Part shown: positions 1 to 14,047 of the stretch, piece after piece
How positions within the stretch are numbered: the stretch's first letter is position 1
How the letters are laid out: every line of letters begins with the position of its first letter
Origin: Escherichia phage HX01
Sequence record: NC_018855.1
Direction: 5' to 3' (one strand)
Length of the DNA stretch: 64,000 nt
The notes under the pieces: model-generated
The model's input: the letters and a program-made list of their open reading frames with translations, nothing else
What the model was told of the DNA's origin: nothing
Database searches by the model: none
Translations under genes and position numbers: made by a program

Positions 1-486
1 TTTAAATCCTTCGTTCACGATACGGTACCCTTTATTGGTGTCGGTTAAAGAACCAAGACCACGAGAGGAAACACCTGGAATCCAACCAGCTCGTATATTA
101 GCAGCTAATTTATCGCCGGGACCATGGTCGCCTTCAATAATTCTAGCACGTCCATATACATCGTTTCCTTTCCACCACATATCTTCAATAATGATAGCGG
201 CTTGCATAGGGTCAACATTTGCACGAGGTGGATGGTTTAATTCTCCAAGGGCTTGTTTGGTTGCGACTTGTTCTTTAATATAGTCACTTACTGCTTTTTC
301 CAAAACGCGTTTAGGATATAAACGTTTATTTCGGTTAACAACCTCTGCCTGAAGAAAAATACCTTCTATATAAAGCCCTGGTTTTAAGCCAGAATCTTTT
401 CCATCATGAGATTCCAACATTGGAACGCCATCAATAATCTCACCGGGTTGACCCCAAGTTTCAATAAGTAACTCGGGTTTATTCAT
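1..486 (-). CDS. 21: Prohead core protein/protease gp21, N-terminal part only (gene continues past window start)
   Basis: Minus-strand ORF starting ATG at 486 ([20 protein letters not shown]...), matches T4 gp21 N-terminus by recall; upstream of gene 68 as in T4. Confidence 0.85.
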   Translation of the reverse strand, partial: MNKPELLIETWGQPGEIIDGVPMLESHDGKDSGLKPGLYIEGIFLQAEVVNRNKRLYPKRVLEKAVSDYIKEQVATKQALGELNHPPRANVDPMQAAIIIEDMWWKGNDVYGRARIIEGDHGPGDKLAANIRAGWIPGVSSRGLGSLTDTNKGYRIVNEGFK

Positions 487-911
487 TAGCTTAATCCTAA
501 TGCTTTACGACGTTTAAGAGCCTTTTTACGCTTACGCAAGCCTTTAACTTGGCCTGAAGGGTTAGCTTTTTTAGCTTTAACGACCTTACGAGCGATTTGT
601 CTACGTTTTGCTTTAGAAAGACCAGTGGTTTGGAACGCGTTACGTTCACGAGTTTTACGGTCTTTAGTGCGGGTGACTTCACCACGAGAAGAAACATGTT
701 TAACGATAAACTCATTTAACTGTTCTTCATTAATAATGGAAGCCATTGCAACAGCTAAATCCGTTTCAGTTTCAAGCATGTTCTCGATAATAGTATTTAT
801 ATCGTCAATATCGAGAGCAGAAGACAATGCATCGATTCGGCCCTGTGCTTCAGGAATAAGTGCTTCGACATTTTCGAGTACCAATTCATAAGATTCAGGG
901 ATAAGATACAT
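486..911 (-). CDS. 68: Prohead core protein gp68
   Basis: 141 aa, basic C-terminus, position and size match T4 gp68; stop overlaps gp21 start (TAATG). Confidence 0.8.
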   Translation of the reverse strand: MYLIPESYELVLENVEALIPEAQGRIDALSSALDIDDINTIIENMLETETDLAVAMASIINEEQLNEFIVKHVSSRGEVTRTKDRKTRERNAFQTTGLSKAKRRQIARKVVKAKKANPSGQVKGLRKRKKALKRRKALGLS

Positions 912-1147
912 TATTCATCGTCCTCATCATCTTCGTCTTCGTCGTCATCGCCTTCATCAGCGTCGTCTTCCGAAGCTTTAGCTTTCTTTTCTTCTTCAGG
1001 TTCTTCGCCTTCAATTAAAAATTGAGAAGCGATTTCTGCTTTGCGTGCTTCAATCAAACGAACCGTTTTTTCTGCCATTGCACTTTCAAAAAACTTTCGA
1101 GTAGCAACGAGGTCGTTTGATTTAATAGCTTGAATTAAATCGTCCAT
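911..1147 (-). CDS. 67: Prohead core protein gp67 (acidic tail)
   Basis: 78 aa ending in poly-Asp/Glu ([18 protein letters not shown]); position between 20 and 68 as in T4. Confidence 0.75.
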   Translation of the reverse strand: MDDLIQAIKSNDLVATRKFFESAMAEKTVRLIEARKAEIASQFLIEGEEPEEEKKAKASEDDADEGDDDEDEDDEDDE

Positions 1148-2718
1148 TAAAAATCCTCTTGTTCTTGGTCGGGGTCTTGGAAACGAGCCTCTTTCGACTC
1201 TTCTTCAATTTGCTTAGCCTCTTGTTCAATTTCCTCGTCAGACATCTGAAGAATATCTTTCATAGCTGTTCTGTGAGAAATATATTTACCAATAAATGGT
1301 TCGGCCATCTGAAGCATATTAATGCGGCGCTCCAGAATCTCAGCATCCTTTAATTCCGAGAAATAACTATCCCGATGAAATTTTATCTTAATATTATTTA
1401 TTTCATCATTCCACTCATCTTCTGTAATAATTCCTTTAAGAATTAAATTAGTTTTAAGCGGGTCTAGGAATATCTCTTCAAATTTATGTTGCAGCTCACG
1501 AATAAATTTACCAAACGACAATTCATCTCGTGTAATAGAAGTACCAGCATCAAACTGTATACCACCTTGGTCACTTGGAATACGGGTAATAGGAATACGT
1601 AAAGCCATATAAAGCGCATTACGGAACCAACGTACATCTTCCATATTTCCAGTATTATCTGCACCTGGTAATGTATCAACTTCTGTTACTGCTTTACCAT
1701 CACGTCGTTGTAACCAATAATCTTCGGTCATCGACATAATATGCTGCTGGTTTTTAATCTTGCCTGTAGTAGCATCATATGCAATACGGTTTTTCATCGT
1801 ATTCATAACATGTTGCATATGTTCTGCTGCTTTTCTTGAAGGCATATTACCTGTATCAACGTACCATACACGACGATCTGGAGCACGAGTAATACGATAA
1901 ATTACAACGGCATCTTCAAGAAGTTTTAATTGGTTCGCCGGCTTAATAGCCCGATGCAAATAACCAATGATATTTTTACCACAACAATCAACTAAACCAG
2001 AATGGGCATAAACAATCGCGGCTTTAGGGATTTTTATTTTTGTGCCAGCTTCATATATGCGACCATCACAAGCATAAGATTCGTGTGATGTGTCATAAAT
2101 GAAATATTCTTTATAACCCTTGACTATTTTAACACCGGCTTCAGTGGTTGTAATAACTTCACGGACATATTGAACTTGGCGTGGGTCTAAACGACGAAGC
2201 TCTTTAATACCTTCTTTAGGGCGTTTAGGGTCAATAATTTTATGGAAGAAAATTCGAGAATCTACATACCAACGCCTAAAATGGTCTGAACCTTTACGTT
2301 GGAAAGATAAATGATTCAACACTTCGTTAAATTCATCCAACATCATTGATTTTATATTTGGACTAAATTTTGTGTTGTCTAAATTTATAGAAACGACTTC
2401 TGTATCATCTTCATATACGATAGCATCGGAAACTATTTCAGAGACTGCATTATCCACTTCATAGTTCGTCATCAAATTTCGATACGTATCGATTAATTCA
2501 CGGGTTGATTTGAGCCCTGGTTCTTGACTACCAAACATTCTCTGAAACATAGCATTATATGTTTGCTGTGCTTCATTTTCAGATACTTCGTATTCTTTAG
2601 CACCATCGTCTAATTTTGGTGTGGTGATAGATTCTAAATTTTCTTTTTCTTGGTCTTTGTAATCACGTTCGTCCATTTTTGCCCATGGAGCAAACAAACT
2701 TAAGATATTAAATTTCAT
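1147..2718 (-). CDS. 20: Portal vertex protein gp20
   Basis: 523 aa, size and synteny with T4 gp20 (524 aa). Confidence 0.9.
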   Translation of the reverse strand: MKFNILSLFAPWAKMDERDYKDQEKENLESITTPKLDDGAKEYEVSENEAQQTYNAMFQRMFGSQEPGLKSTRELIDTYRNLMTNYEVDNAVSEIVSDAIVYEDDTEVVSINLDNTKFSPNIKSMMLDEFNEVLNHLSFQRKGSDHFRRWYVDSRIFFHKIIDPKRPKEGIKELRRLDPRQVQYVREVITTTEAGVKIVKGYKEYFIYDTSHESYACDGRIYEAGTKIKIPKAAIVYAHSGLVDCCGKNIIGYLHRAIKPANQLKLLEDAVVIYRITRAPDRRVWYVDTGNMPSRKAAEHMQHVMNTMKNRIAYDATTGKIKNQQHIMSMTEDYWLQRRDGKAVTEVDTLPGADNTGNMEDVRWFRNALYMALRIPITRIPSDQGGIQFDAGTSITRDELSFGKFIRELQHKFEEIFLDPLKTNLILKGIITEDEWNDEINNIKIKFHRDSYFSELKDAEILERRINMLQMAEPFIGKYISHRTAMKDILQMSDEEIEQEAKQIEEESKEARFQDPDQEQEDF

Positions 2719-2746
2719 TGTATTCTCCGAATGGGAATTATAGTTA

Positions 2747-2754
2747 TATTTATA
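2747..2754 (-). promoter_or_regulatory. T4-type late promoter (TATAAATA) for gene 20
   Basis: Plus-strand TATTTATA = minus TATAAATA in the 19-20 intergenic region. Confidence 0.6.
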
Positions 2755-2802
2755 TGGACTTCTCCGTCATCACGGGAAGCTGGGGATTTCTCCCCAACCA
2801 GA

Positions 2803-3294
2803 TTATTCCCACCAATCAAGAGCAAGAGTTACTTCGAACGTTTCAATCTCGTTATTCGAATCCCAATCAAGAGATACTTCACCAACGTTAGTAGGCCACA
2901 AGCCGACAATTTCAACTTCTTTAGTGACCGTTTTAGCATCACGAGCAAATTGACGAACGATAGCAGTCTTTTTATATTCAGCAGGTTTACCACCGGTAAT
3001 TTCATTACCTTGTCCTGCTGCAATACCTTGCCAATCAACAAATTTCTGACGAATGCTATGAGCATCATCGTTCATTACTGTAATAGTCCAATCATCGAAT
3101 GTACGATCACCGGCCACGTTAATTTTACGGTTCATATAAGAAACAGGAACCTTTTCAACGATCGCAGCAGGAAGAGCCGTAGCACGACACTGGAAGCTAA
3201 AGTTTTGCCCAAGATAAGAGATTTCTACTTCGAACAGGTTAGGGCGAGCGAAATCACCTGATTCGAAGGCACGAGTTACGTCATCTACAAACAT
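2803..3294 (-). CDS. 19: Tail tube protein gp19
   Basis: 163 aa, same length as T4 gp19; synteny. Confidence 0.9.
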   Translation of the reverse strand: MFVDDVTRAFESGDFARPNLFEVEISYLGQNFSFQCRATALPAAIVEKVPVSYMNRKINVAGDRTFDDWTITVMNDDAHSIRQKFVDWQGIAAGQGNEITGGKPAEYKKTAIVRQFARDAKTVTKEVEIVGLWPTNVGEVSLDWDSNNEIETFEVTLALDWWE

Positions 3295-3366
3295 ATTAGC
3301 CTCTGTAGTAATATGGGCTTAGGATTAACCTGATGCCCATAGAATTAATTTTTAAACGATATAGTA

Positions 3367-3374
3367 TATTTATA
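3367..3374 (-). promoter_or_regulatory. T4-type late promoter (TATAAATA) for gene 19
   Basis: Minus-strand TATAAATA in the 18-19 intergenic region, next to a GGGCTA/TAGCCC hairpin. Confidence 0.6.
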
Positions 3375-3406
3375 TGGGCTACCGAAATAGCCCATCAGGC
3401 GTCTTA

Positions 3407-5389
3407 TTAGCCACTTACAGTACCAATTAGTTCGTCGAAATCGGCACCAGTTGCTGTTGCTACAAAGTTCAACGTAATATAATTTATCGAGCGGGCCGGT
3501 TGTAAGTAGAAAGTAGCTACAAATTCATTACGGTCGATAACTGCTGGGGTGTTATTGGTAGTATCACAAACAACTTTAAAGTTATATACACCACCAAGAG
3601 CTTTAATACCCTGTAGATATTGAGAAGTCTCTGTACGGAAAGAAGAACGGGTAAATGCGTTGTTCAATTCAAACAGGCGATATTTAGATGCTGAACCAAT
3701 GTTCGTTTTAACCATATTGAACAAACGACGAACGTTAATACGGTCAAATGGTGAAGGAACAGAAGTGGCAGTTTTATCACCATACAGAACATACCCGTCA
3801 CCACCGGTACCAGTAACAGGGTTAATAGCTTCCTGATACAAACGATCACGCTGTGGTTGGCGAGTTTCAATTGCAAGCTTAATAACGTTAAGAATTTGTC
3901 CACGATTATAACCGGCAGGAGACATCCAAGGCTGAGAAATATTGTCTGTGCGAGCACAAAGACCGGCGATATCAGCAGCTAACGGAACCCAACGATTCAC
4001 ATCATTATATTTATCATATTGATATTTATAGTTACCGTCAATAGCGGCATAAGTAGAACTTACATTAAAGTTATTATCAGTGTAAGTTCCTGACGCAGTA
4101 CGCCAATCAACCAGATTATCAACTGCACGATTAACAGGAATACCGACTATAGTTGCACGTGGTGGTGAGCAAAGAACCAAGCAATCTTGGCGAGAATCAC
4201 CAATTGCTACAACATGTTTCTGAACTGTAGAAGCAACTTCTAAAGATTCACCTGCACAAGAACCTGCAATAAACAACTGCGCATTAACAGATTCGCGGTC
4301 AGCAAACAAATCCCAAGCTTCCATTAAATCACCAGCGTCAACCGTTTCATTAGATGATAAGCCACCACCCAGTTTGATTACACCAGAGAAACCTTTTGGC
4401 CAACCTTGTGCAGTAGCGAAAATATAATTGCTTGCACCTTTAGCAAAGAAATCATCAATAAAGATATTACTACCATAAATATCGCGTTCACCACGTTTAG
4501 TAGAAAGAATTACGCTCTGAACTACAGCATCGTTACGACGAACGATAATTGCATATTGGTCATCAGTTTGTGGGCCATACCCAAAGATTGCTTTAGCAGT
4601 AGATGCACGAGTACCACCATCAGGATAAATTTTTAACTGGGCTGAAGCACCTTTGTCGTAGTCTGCTTTAGATACGATTTCAATTTCGAGCTGGTCGCCA
4701 AGTTCACCAGGATAAAGAGCAACTACGCCTGGGACACCATATTTTTTAATAGATTCTTGGAAAGTTAGAGAAGTAATAGCTTCTTCAGAAGTTTCAACTT
4801 CAGTTAACAGAATACCCGAATCGGTTACGATAGAACCAATTGTAATAACGCCAGAAAGTCCAGAAGAAGAACTGGCAACTTCGGCGGTCCAGTTAGAACC
4901 CAATGCCGGATATTCATTAATTTCTTTTGCACGAGCAATAATTTTACCGGTTGGGATATAAATGTTAAGAATTTTACCATCGACATCAACTGAAGTGACA
5001 TAACCATCTGCTTCAACAGTTTCGGTCAAATACTTAACGATAATTTTATCACCAACTGCATAGTTACTACCAGCAGCAGAGATTGTGAATTCAATATTGC
5101 CTGCTACAGGAGATGAGTTCTTAGCAGTATCACGGTCAACTGCGCGTACAACACGAAGGTCATTACCATATTGAAGGAAGTTCATAGCAGACATGAAATA
5201 ATCTGCTGTATCCGTATTAGGAGTACCAAACATATCAACTAACGCAACTTCATCAGTGATTTGTTTAATCTGGAATGCAGGTCCCCATTGGAATTTTCCA
5301 GCCAGGGCAGCAGTACCAGTGGAGTTATTAACTACAGTACTCTGTACGGTAGTTTCTTTGAGCTCAACGCCCGGAGAGAGAAGTGCCAT
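3407..5389 (-). CDS. 18: Tail sheath protein gp18
   Basis: 660 aa (T4 gp18 659 aa); synteny. Confidence 0.9.
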   Translation of the reverse strand: MALLSPGVELKETTVQSTVVNNSTGTAALAGKFQWGPAFQIKQITDEVALVDMFGTPNTDTADYFMSAMNFLQYGNDLRVVRAVDRDTAKNSSPVAGNIEFTISAAGSNYAVGDKIIVKYLTETVEADGYVTSVDVDGKILNIYIPTGKIIARAKEINEYPALGSNWTAEVASSSSGLSGVITIGSIVTDSGILLTEVETSEEAITSLTFQESIKKYGVPGVVALYPGELGDQLEIEIVSKADYDKGASAQLKIYPDGGTRASTAKAIFGYGPQTDDQYAIIVRRNDAVVQSVILSTKRGERDIYGSNIFIDDFFAKGASNYIFATAQGWPKGFSGVIKLGGGLSSNETVDAGDLMEAWDLFADRESVNAQLFIAGSCAGESLEVASTVQKHVVAIGDSRQDCLVLCSPPRATIVGIPVNRAVDNLVDWRTASGTYTDNNFNVSSTYAAIDGNYKYQYDKYNDVNRWVPLAADIAGLCARTDNISQPWMSPAGYNRGQILNVIKLAIETRQPQRDRLYQEAINPVTGTGGDGYVLYGDKTATSVPSPFDRINVRRLFNMVKTNIGSASKYRLFELNNAFTRSSFRTETSQYLQGIKALGGVYNFKVVCDTTNNTPAVIDRNEFVATFYLQPARSINYITLNFVATATGADFDELIGTVSG

Positions 5390-5416
5390 TTTAATTCCTC
5401 TTAATTTGCTTTATTT

Positions 5417-7742
<2,326 letters not shown>

Positions 7743-8567
7743 TTATTGTTTTCTAGGACCAGGAGGGGTTGGTGGAGTCGGGATTGGAATATCATGAGTA
7801 TAAGTTTGTTCAACTTCACCATTCCAATCTTGTGCTTCAACGTCTCTCGGTTTAATTTCTGTATCAACTGATTCAAAAACGCTGGCGGCTGTTTGAAGGT
7901 CTCGTTCATTAGCATGAAAATCAAGATAAGTCGTTTTAATAAGGCCTTCTGCTGCGCCTACCGGAGGATACATCCATCCATTTACTTCAAATGTTAATGA
8001 CCACTCTAAACGTCGACGGGATAAATTATCACCGTCTATTTGTTCATCCATTGCTGCTGCCATCCATACGACTTTAATATCCCTTTCAAATGGAATATCC
8101 TGCCCATATTGCTCAATCATAGTCGTATTAAAATGCGGCTGAAAATATGGAATAATTTGCTCAACGATTTGGAACATATCATCTTCATAACGAGTAAAGA
8201 TGCTCAGTTCAAAAATCATTTTAATTGGTGATGGGTTGTATTGGTCTACAATATCCTTAGTCGATTTACTCAAAAGAGAGTTATTCAATATATTTGTTTT
8301 AAACGTTGGGTTATAAACGAAATCTACCATTTGTAGATTTATACGTGGTAGAATAGTTTCGACTTTAGCCACATCTTCTTGTGAGTTTATAGAGGTCCAT
8401 TTATTAAGTTTCATCATAAAGTGCTCTTTAGATGCATACGTAATAGGAACTCTAATTAATTTATTGCCTGTAGACAATTGACGGTTAACTTGGATATTTG
8501 AAAACAAATCGCCCATCATTGTGATATATCGCCTGAACGACGAGTTGTAAAAATAACCAAACATCAT
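7743..8567 (-). CDS. 15: Tail sheath stabiliser/connector gp15
   Basis: 274 aa (T4 272 aa); synteny. Confidence 0.8.
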   Translation of the reverse strand: MMFGYFYNSSFRRYITMMGDLFSNIQVNRQLSTGNKLIRVPITYASKEHFMMKLNKWTSINSQEDVAKVETILPRINLQMVDFVYNPTFKTNILNNSLLSKSTKDIVDQYNPSPIKMIFELSIFTRYEDDMFQIVEQIIPYFQPHFNTTMIEQYGQDIPFERDIKVVWMAAAMDEQIDGDNLSRRRLEWSLTFEVNGWMYPPVGAAEGLIKTTYLDFHANERDLQTAASVFESVDTEIKPRDVEAQDWNGEVEQTYTHDIPIPTPPTPPGPRKQ

Positions 8568-8616
8568 TTCTCCTAACCGGCCTTTCGACCGGTGTTTGCT
8601 TTATCTTATCTATTTA

Positions 8617-9381
8617 TTAATTCATAAACCCATCGTCAAATGGTGAATTTTGTCTACCACGGTTGTTAACTACTACATACGGCTCAACGTATTCACTTGC
8701 CTCTGAATTGATTTGCTCAACTTCAGAATATTCATCGATATTAATGTCATGGATACCGTCAAGATTTCTAACAGGGTTAAGTTCCAAGTCACTAAATTCA
8801 GGTATATTGATACCTTCATTTTTCTGAAGCACCGGATTGATTTCTTCGCCAGAGTAAATAAACTTGCCTGCAGTAATTTTACGAATCGCATTTTTACCTA
8901 CTTGATAGAACGGGTCATATGGTTCAACCCAGTTAATCTCAAACAAACTATTGTCCATTGGGAAGTATATTAAATCACCTTCCTTGGGCTCCTGATTGTT
9001 GACCTGGTGTTTGAAAAGACCTGGGTTAATAGATAATGTAACTTCGTCTTGAACTTGCATTCCGAAGTTGCTGAAGAACGATTTCGCTCCTTCATAACCT
9101 TCAAAAGAGTTCAGATATGCAGCAAATTTCCATGCTTTAGTAAATTTATTTTTAAGGTCCTCACCAAAGATAAGGTCCACGGCAACATATTCACGTGGAA
9201 CATAAAAACATTCGATACCGCGCATCTGTATGCTTTCTGCCACTAGAACATCGGCTAATGTCTGACTATTCTCATAGTTATTAAAATTGACAAATGGATT
9301 GAGAATTTCAGTCTCATTTGTCTGAGAATACCCACCACTATTTTCTAGTTTGGCGAAAAGATTTTTATCATAAGTTGCCAT
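8617..9381 (-). CDS. 14: Neck protein gp14
   Basis: 254 aa (T4 256 aa); synteny. Confidence 0.8.
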   Translation of the reverse strand: MATYDKNLFAKLENSGGYSQTNETEILNPFVNFNNYENSQTLADVLVAESIQMRGIECFYVPREYVAVDLIFGEDLKNKFTKAWKFAAYLNSFEGYEGAKSFFSNFGMQVQDEVTLSINPGLFKHQVNNQEPKEGDLIYFPMDNSLFEINWVEPYDPFYQVGKNAIRKITAGKFIYSGEEINPVLQKNEGINIPEFSDLELNPVRNLDGIHDINIDEYSEVEQINSEASEYVEPYVVVNNRGRQNSPFDDGFMN

Positions 9382-9382
9382 A

Positions 9383-10309
9383 TTAACCTACCAAAATACC
9401 TGCAGGAGGGTCCAGTAAATATAACTCTTCTCGTAAAGCTTCTTTCTCTAAACGAGCTTCTTCAATTAATCGAACACCGTCAACAGTGACGCCACCCGGT
9501 AACATCATACCTTGATGTTTAGCAAGAATTTGTCCATTAAGCTCTTTAGCTAATGCAGTTGCATAATCTTTAACCCAGCGGTTGTTATATGCGCCTTGTT
9601 TAGTTGCAGGATCTTCACCAACTCGACGTCCGACTAAATTATGGTCTGGATTATCATAACGTTCAGAAATAGACCATGAATCACGAGGACCTACTTGACC
9701 GTACCCTACTGTATTTCCTACCATCTTATGGGTCTCGATATAAGAGCGAACATACGATTCAACGATAATTACATCTTTCTGTCTAAAGTTACCCATTACT
9801 TTTAATTGCTCGTTTGCAGAGTTAAACCAAAAATCTGGAAGAGGAGCAATCATATCTTGAAGCATACCCATATAAGATACTAATTGAGAATAATACCCGA
9901 GATCAGCGCCAAAAGCGTTCGGACCGTAGAATTTACCGCAATTACTACCCATACCACCTGAAACACCGGCCATTCCTAAAAGGAAATCAGTGAACCATGG
10001 ATAAGTTGCATTACCGTCCATTGAAGTAATAGAGCCAACGTTTGTTCTTATAATTCTTGTTACAGCAAATACGTTAGAACCACGCATATCAAATACGCCG
10101 TGACGGTATTTTTCTTCGTCATCAACAAAAAATACATGGAAACCTTTATTCAACCCGTCAAAATGGTATTCGCCATAAAGTTCTAACGCTCGTGAAATAC
10201 AATCATAAATTTGATCTGTAGTTAATTCAACATTTACAATAGGAGCGCCTAAACGACGTAATATTACGTCCTTTAATTCTTTAGGGTTTTGTGCATTATA
10301 ACCTGACAT
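9383..10309 (-). CDS. 13: Neck protein gp13
   Basis: 308 aa (T4 309 aa); synteny. Confidence 0.8.
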   Translation of the reverse strand: MSGYNAQNPKELKDVILRRLGAPIVNVELTTDQIYDCISRALELYGEYHFDGLNKGFHVFFVDDEEKYRHGVFDMRGSNVFAVTRIIRTNVGSITSMDGNATYPWFTDFLLGMAGVSGGMGSNCGKFYGPNAFGADLGYYSQLVSYMGMLQDMIAPLPDFWFNSANEQLKVMGNFRQKDVIIVESYVRSYIETHKMVGNTVGYGQVGPRDSWSISERYDNPDHNLVGRRVGEDPATKQGAYNNRWVKDYATALAKELNGQILAKHQGMMLPGGVTVDGVRLIEEARLEKEALREELYLLDPPAGILVG

Positions 10310-10341
10310 ATAAATCCTTTAGGGCCCGAAGGCCCTTTTCA

Positions 10342-11790
10342 TTAAGCTGTAGGAAGTTCAACCCATGCACCGTCTTTGCGAACATAGAATTTACCGTCTG
10401 AAGGAGCATCTTCAATATATCCAGCGTCCTTAAGAGTTTGGATTTCGGCTTCTGCAGCGGCCAAATCAGTTTCAAGAGTAGCAATTCTAGAAGTTAAACC
10501 ATTAATTGTCGTATCATGACTTTTAACTGTAGGCAATATACCACGTTCTTCAACAGTCGAACCATTTGGGTTGGTGCCATTTATAAGAGTATTTAATGTG
10601 TTTACAGAACCCTTAATCCCTGTGGCATTAGTCCCAACATCAGTTTGAATGTTCTGAATGTCATTACTCATCTCACCGATAGATCCTTCAAGCGCTCGAG
10701 TACGATAAAGCAAAGAGCCGTCTGGTTCCGGTTTCCCACCTGAAGCGTCAACACCGACTACGTTATTTAACCATGACACATTAAAACGCAATCCTGACGA
10801 AGAATCAGAGCCGACAACAGTGTTCAATGCTCCGATAGCATCAGTATTGAGTTTAATACGTCCTTGAATTGTAGTAGGCAAATCATCGGTGCCGATGGCA
10901 GTTTCTACTGTAGTCAAACGAGGTTTAATACCACCTGATTGATTGAGCTCAAGATTAATGTCGTTTATTGCTGAACTATTTGCATTAGTGGTAGTGATAA
11001 TAGAAGTCGTATTAGGATACCCAATAGACTGTTTAATGCCATCCAAGTCAGCATTTTGACGCGACAAAGTTAAATCAATACCGGAAAGACGACTAAATAC
11101 TGGAGTAGTGAAAGAAGTGCGAGGTCCCATTTCTTCGCGTAAGTGTTCGACTTCATTAGTTAAAGAGCCGACGTCAGAATCAGCAAATTTAGTTTCTAAA
11201 TCAGTTAATCGAACACCGTGGTCAACAATTACGGAGCTATTAGTCATAATACGGCGTTTCATACCAGTGCTATCATTTCCTGGAGTAGGAACCCCATTAA
11301 TATCTTGACCAGTATATTGTCCTAATTCATTTTTAATCCAAAGCAGGTCGTTACGAACCGTTCTATAAACTGAATCTTTTTCCTGATTATAAACACCAAT
11401 ATCATCAGTATTCGCATCAATATGTTCATTCAAATCATTCAATTCACTGGCATGGGTTTGAACTGTGACTTTAATGACATCGATATCTTGGGTGTTCTGG
11501 CCTATCTGTGCAAGAGCATCAACATCCCCAGAAACATCTAAAATACCTTGAATAACTTTGATATCTTCATTGGCCGTATTCAAAGAAGATGCTATAGTTT
11601 TAATATTAACATCTAACGCTTCTACGTTACGTTGAACTTCAACAATAGGACGGTTCATTACACCTTCAGAACCGTATTTTGTGTCAGCACCTGTTATTTC
11701 TTCATCGTTTTTAATCCATTCAATACGACTCTGACCCGCGTCTGGCGGGCCGTCAACATATGGTAAATCTACCAGAGATATATCAGCCAT
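10342..11790 (-). CDS. wac: Fibritin (whisker) Wac
   Basis: 482 aa coiled-coil protein ending in foldon-like GYIEDAPSDGKFYVRKDGAWVELPTA. Confidence 0.85.
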   Translation of the reverse strand: MADISLVDLPYVDGPPDAGQSRIEWIKNDEEITGADTKYGSEGVMNRPIVEVQRNVEALDVNIKTIASSLNTANEDIKVIQGILDVSGDVDALAQIGQNTQDIDVIKVTVQTHASELNDLNEHIDANTDDIGVYNQEKDSVYRTVRNDLLWIKNELGQYTGQDINGVPTPGNDSTGMKRRIMTNSSVIVDHGVRLTDLETKFADSDVGSLTNEVEHLREEMGPRTSFTTPVFSRLSGIDLTLSRQNADLDGIKQSIGYPNTTSIITTTNANSSAINDINLELNQSGGIKPRLTTVETAIGTDDLPTTIQGRIKLNTDAIGALNTVVGSDSSSGLRFNVSWLNNVVGVDASGGKPEPDGSLLYRTRALEGSIGEMSNDIQNIQTDVGTNATGIKGSVNTLNTLINGTNPNGSTVEERGILPTVKSHDTTINGLTSRIATLETDLAAAEAEIQTLKDAGYIEDAPSDGKFYVRKDGAWVELPTA

Positions 11791-13373
11791 TATTTTACCT
11801 TAATGATATAGTTTAAAGAAATGTTCCATGGGCGTGTTTCATTTCCAATTAATTCAGGACGATTTAATGTATATTTGGAATTTCGTTGTGATGCCGGGTC
11901 AATTTCATATCCGTCATTGGTGAAGTATGAACGGTTATCCCAGTCAAGTCCTTTACGTGTACCAACAAAATTTGATCTACGGGTATTACCGAATGCTCCA
12001 GAATCATCATGCTCACCAAATCCGCCAGCGTGTTTATGATAAGACATCTGTTGTTTCTGTACTTCACCAACATATCCACCAGTACAACCTACACCTAATC
12101 TAGGCTTACCAAACTGGTCATTACCATTAACATTTGGATTTGTTAAGTGAGAGCCACGACCTGAGCCACGAACAAATAATCCACGCATATCAGGCAAGCC
12201 TGGGTTAGAAGAACTACCACCATATCGTGTCCCAATTCTGGAAGCATATACCGGACATTCTGAAGCAGAAACGGTCCCACCATGACAGAAGCGCCAGTCA
12301 GAACTCGGTAAACTATCTGCAGCCCACATTGTAATAGCGCCAACTGGAAGAATTCGGTCTAATTCATTTTGAGTCACAATACGATTGCCTTGAATATAAC
12401 CACCGGACATATTGACATTGCCCGTTATATTAGCGCCGCCAGAACCAACCGTCAACGTATTATTAATGCGAAGTGTGCCATTAATAGTTTGTCCGCCTCG
12501 TTGGTGGATAACATCAGCATTCCAAGCAAGAGCAGAAGAACCATCACCACCTGATTGGCTACCCGCTTGTGTAGTTAAACGAACAACTCCACGTAAAGAA
12601 GTTGTAGCCCCACGCCCGTTTAATGTTGCGCCGGTCACTACAACTGAAGAGTTGTTACTATTTACTTCAGTCTGTGTCCCTAGTTTAACGACGCCTTTAT
12701 TAGTTTCTGATGCTACTGAATTCATAAAGGTATAAGGCGAAATTGCATAGCCTTCACGCAGGGTGCCTTGTTGTGCTTGAGCAACTGTAGCCAAACGAAC
12801 AACACCGGTAATAGATTCGGTGGCGTCGCTATTATTTGGAGCAATTTGTGAAATAAGTTTAATTGCTAATTGTTGCGTTTTTAACGGAGTCATTGCTGTT
12901 GTATCGTCAGAACCAGCTAATGCCGCAGCAGAAGTTGAAATTTTAATTACACCATTTGTTGCTTCTGTTGACACTTTTGTCTGAAATACATTGTCTATTT
13001 TTTGATTCAATTTAAGCGGAGTAATTGATGCATCGTCAATAGTTCCGGTTACTGCTTCATCTTCAGTAGCATAACGAGTTAAGCCATATTGAGTTTCGGT
13101 TGCATTAGGATATTGTAGACGAGCATTCAGTGATGCCGGAGTAACAGCTTTATTATTATCTAATCCATCAATAACTTCTTGTGGAGTAGCTATTTGAATA
13201 ATTCCTGGTGTAGTAGTTGTTGCTTCCGGTACACCATTAACACCTGAAGGAGAAATAGCAGCTAATGCGGCTTGGACATTAGTGACTGTATCTGGAAAAT
13301 TCGTCCCCGTAGGGTCGAATTCAACGTAAATGGATTCGTTTGAAACGTGTTGGTATGTATTGTTATTACTCAT
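11790..13373 (-). CDS. 12: Short tail fibre gp12
   Basis: 527 aa, identical length to T4 gp12; synteny. Confidence 0.85.
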   Translation of the reverse strand: MSNNNTYQHVSNESIYVEFDPTGTNFPDTVTNVQAALAAISPSGVNGVPEATTTTPGIIQIATPQEVIDGLDNNKAVTPASLNARLQYPNATETQYGLTRYATEDEAVTGTIDDASITPLKLNQKIDNVFQTKVSTEATNGVIKISTSAAALAGSDDTTAMTPLKTQQLAIKLISQIAPNNSDATESITGVVRLATVAQAQQGTLREGYAISPYTFMNSVASETNKGVVKLGTQTEVNSNNSSVVVTGATLNGRGATTSLRGVVRLTTQAGSQSGGDGSSALAWNADVIHQRGGQTINGTLRINNTLTVGSGGANITGNVNMSGGYIQGNRIVTQNELDRILPVGAITMWAADSLPSSDWRFCHGGTVSASECPVYASRIGTRYGGSSSNPGLPDMRGLFVRGSGRGSHLTNPNVNGNDQFGKPRLGVGCTGGYVGEVQKQQMSYHKHAGGFGEHDDSGAFGNTRRSNFVGTRKGLDWDNRSYFTNDGYEIDPASQRNSKYTLNRPELIGNETRPWNISLNYIIKVK

Positions 13374-14047
13374 GAGGCTCTCACAAAGTGGTAGAAAACG
13401 GTAGGAGTATCATGGTTATCAAGAGTAACCGTTTGGGCACCCAATAAATTCCATGTTCCGTATCCGGATTTTGCTTCAGACAAAATTTCTTGCGAAATTG
13501 TTACACCAAACGAAGCATATGTTGGCAACACATGACGTTGGTTATCTAAATATGTCACCTGAAGTTTATTACCTTCAGTTGGATGGTCTTTATAAGAAGA
13601 AATAGCGATTTGATTAGCAATGGCCTCTTGTAAAGCTATACGAACTTGTGCCGTTAATTCGTTATCAGTCATACCGATTGTTGCTTTAACGGCAAGTCCA
13701 AATACGTTAATAACGACTGGCGTTCCAGTGTCCAAAGTATCGTCGAGAACATCACCGGAAAAAGTCCAATAATCAACTTGTGCTGCACCTTCAGGCGATA
13801 CGCCTGAAGTGTTTGTGACAACAGTACCAATATCAGCTCGTGCCATATTATGGACATCATTTATTGCAGATTCTACGTTAGCATCATAAAAACCGCGAGC
13901 TAACTGAGAAATAGTCACGGAACCTACAGCTTGGTTGTTTAAAACATCGATTTGAGCTGGATTTTTTCTGTAATTCAAAAAATCAGCATGACGGGAAATA
14001 ACTCCCGCCTTTGTATTAAGTACAGTCATTATGCAATCCTTACCCAA
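13370..14047 (-). CDS. 11: Baseplate wedge protein gp11
   Basis: 225 aa; synteny between 10 and 12. Confidence 0.8.
   Translation of the reverse strand: MGKDCIMTVLNTKAGVISRHADFLNYRKNPAQIDVLNNQAVGSVTISQLARGFYDANVESAINDVHNMARADIGTVVTNTSGVSPEGAAQVDYWTFSGDVLDDTLDTGTPVVINVFGLAVKATIGMTDNELTAQVRIALQEAIANQIAISSYKDHPTEGNKLQVTYLDNQRHVLPTYASFGVTISQEILSEAKSGYGTWNLLGAQTVTLDNHDTPTVFYHFVRAS

Noticed and set aside
35-283. Plus-strand 82-aa ORF at the window start, and other plus-strand ORFs inside the structural block (for example 4406-4636, 12412-12735, 23818-24138)
   Set aside because: They lie antisense to long, well-supported structural genes (gp21, gp18, gp12, gp5) and lack ribosome-binding sites; treated as shadow ORFs.
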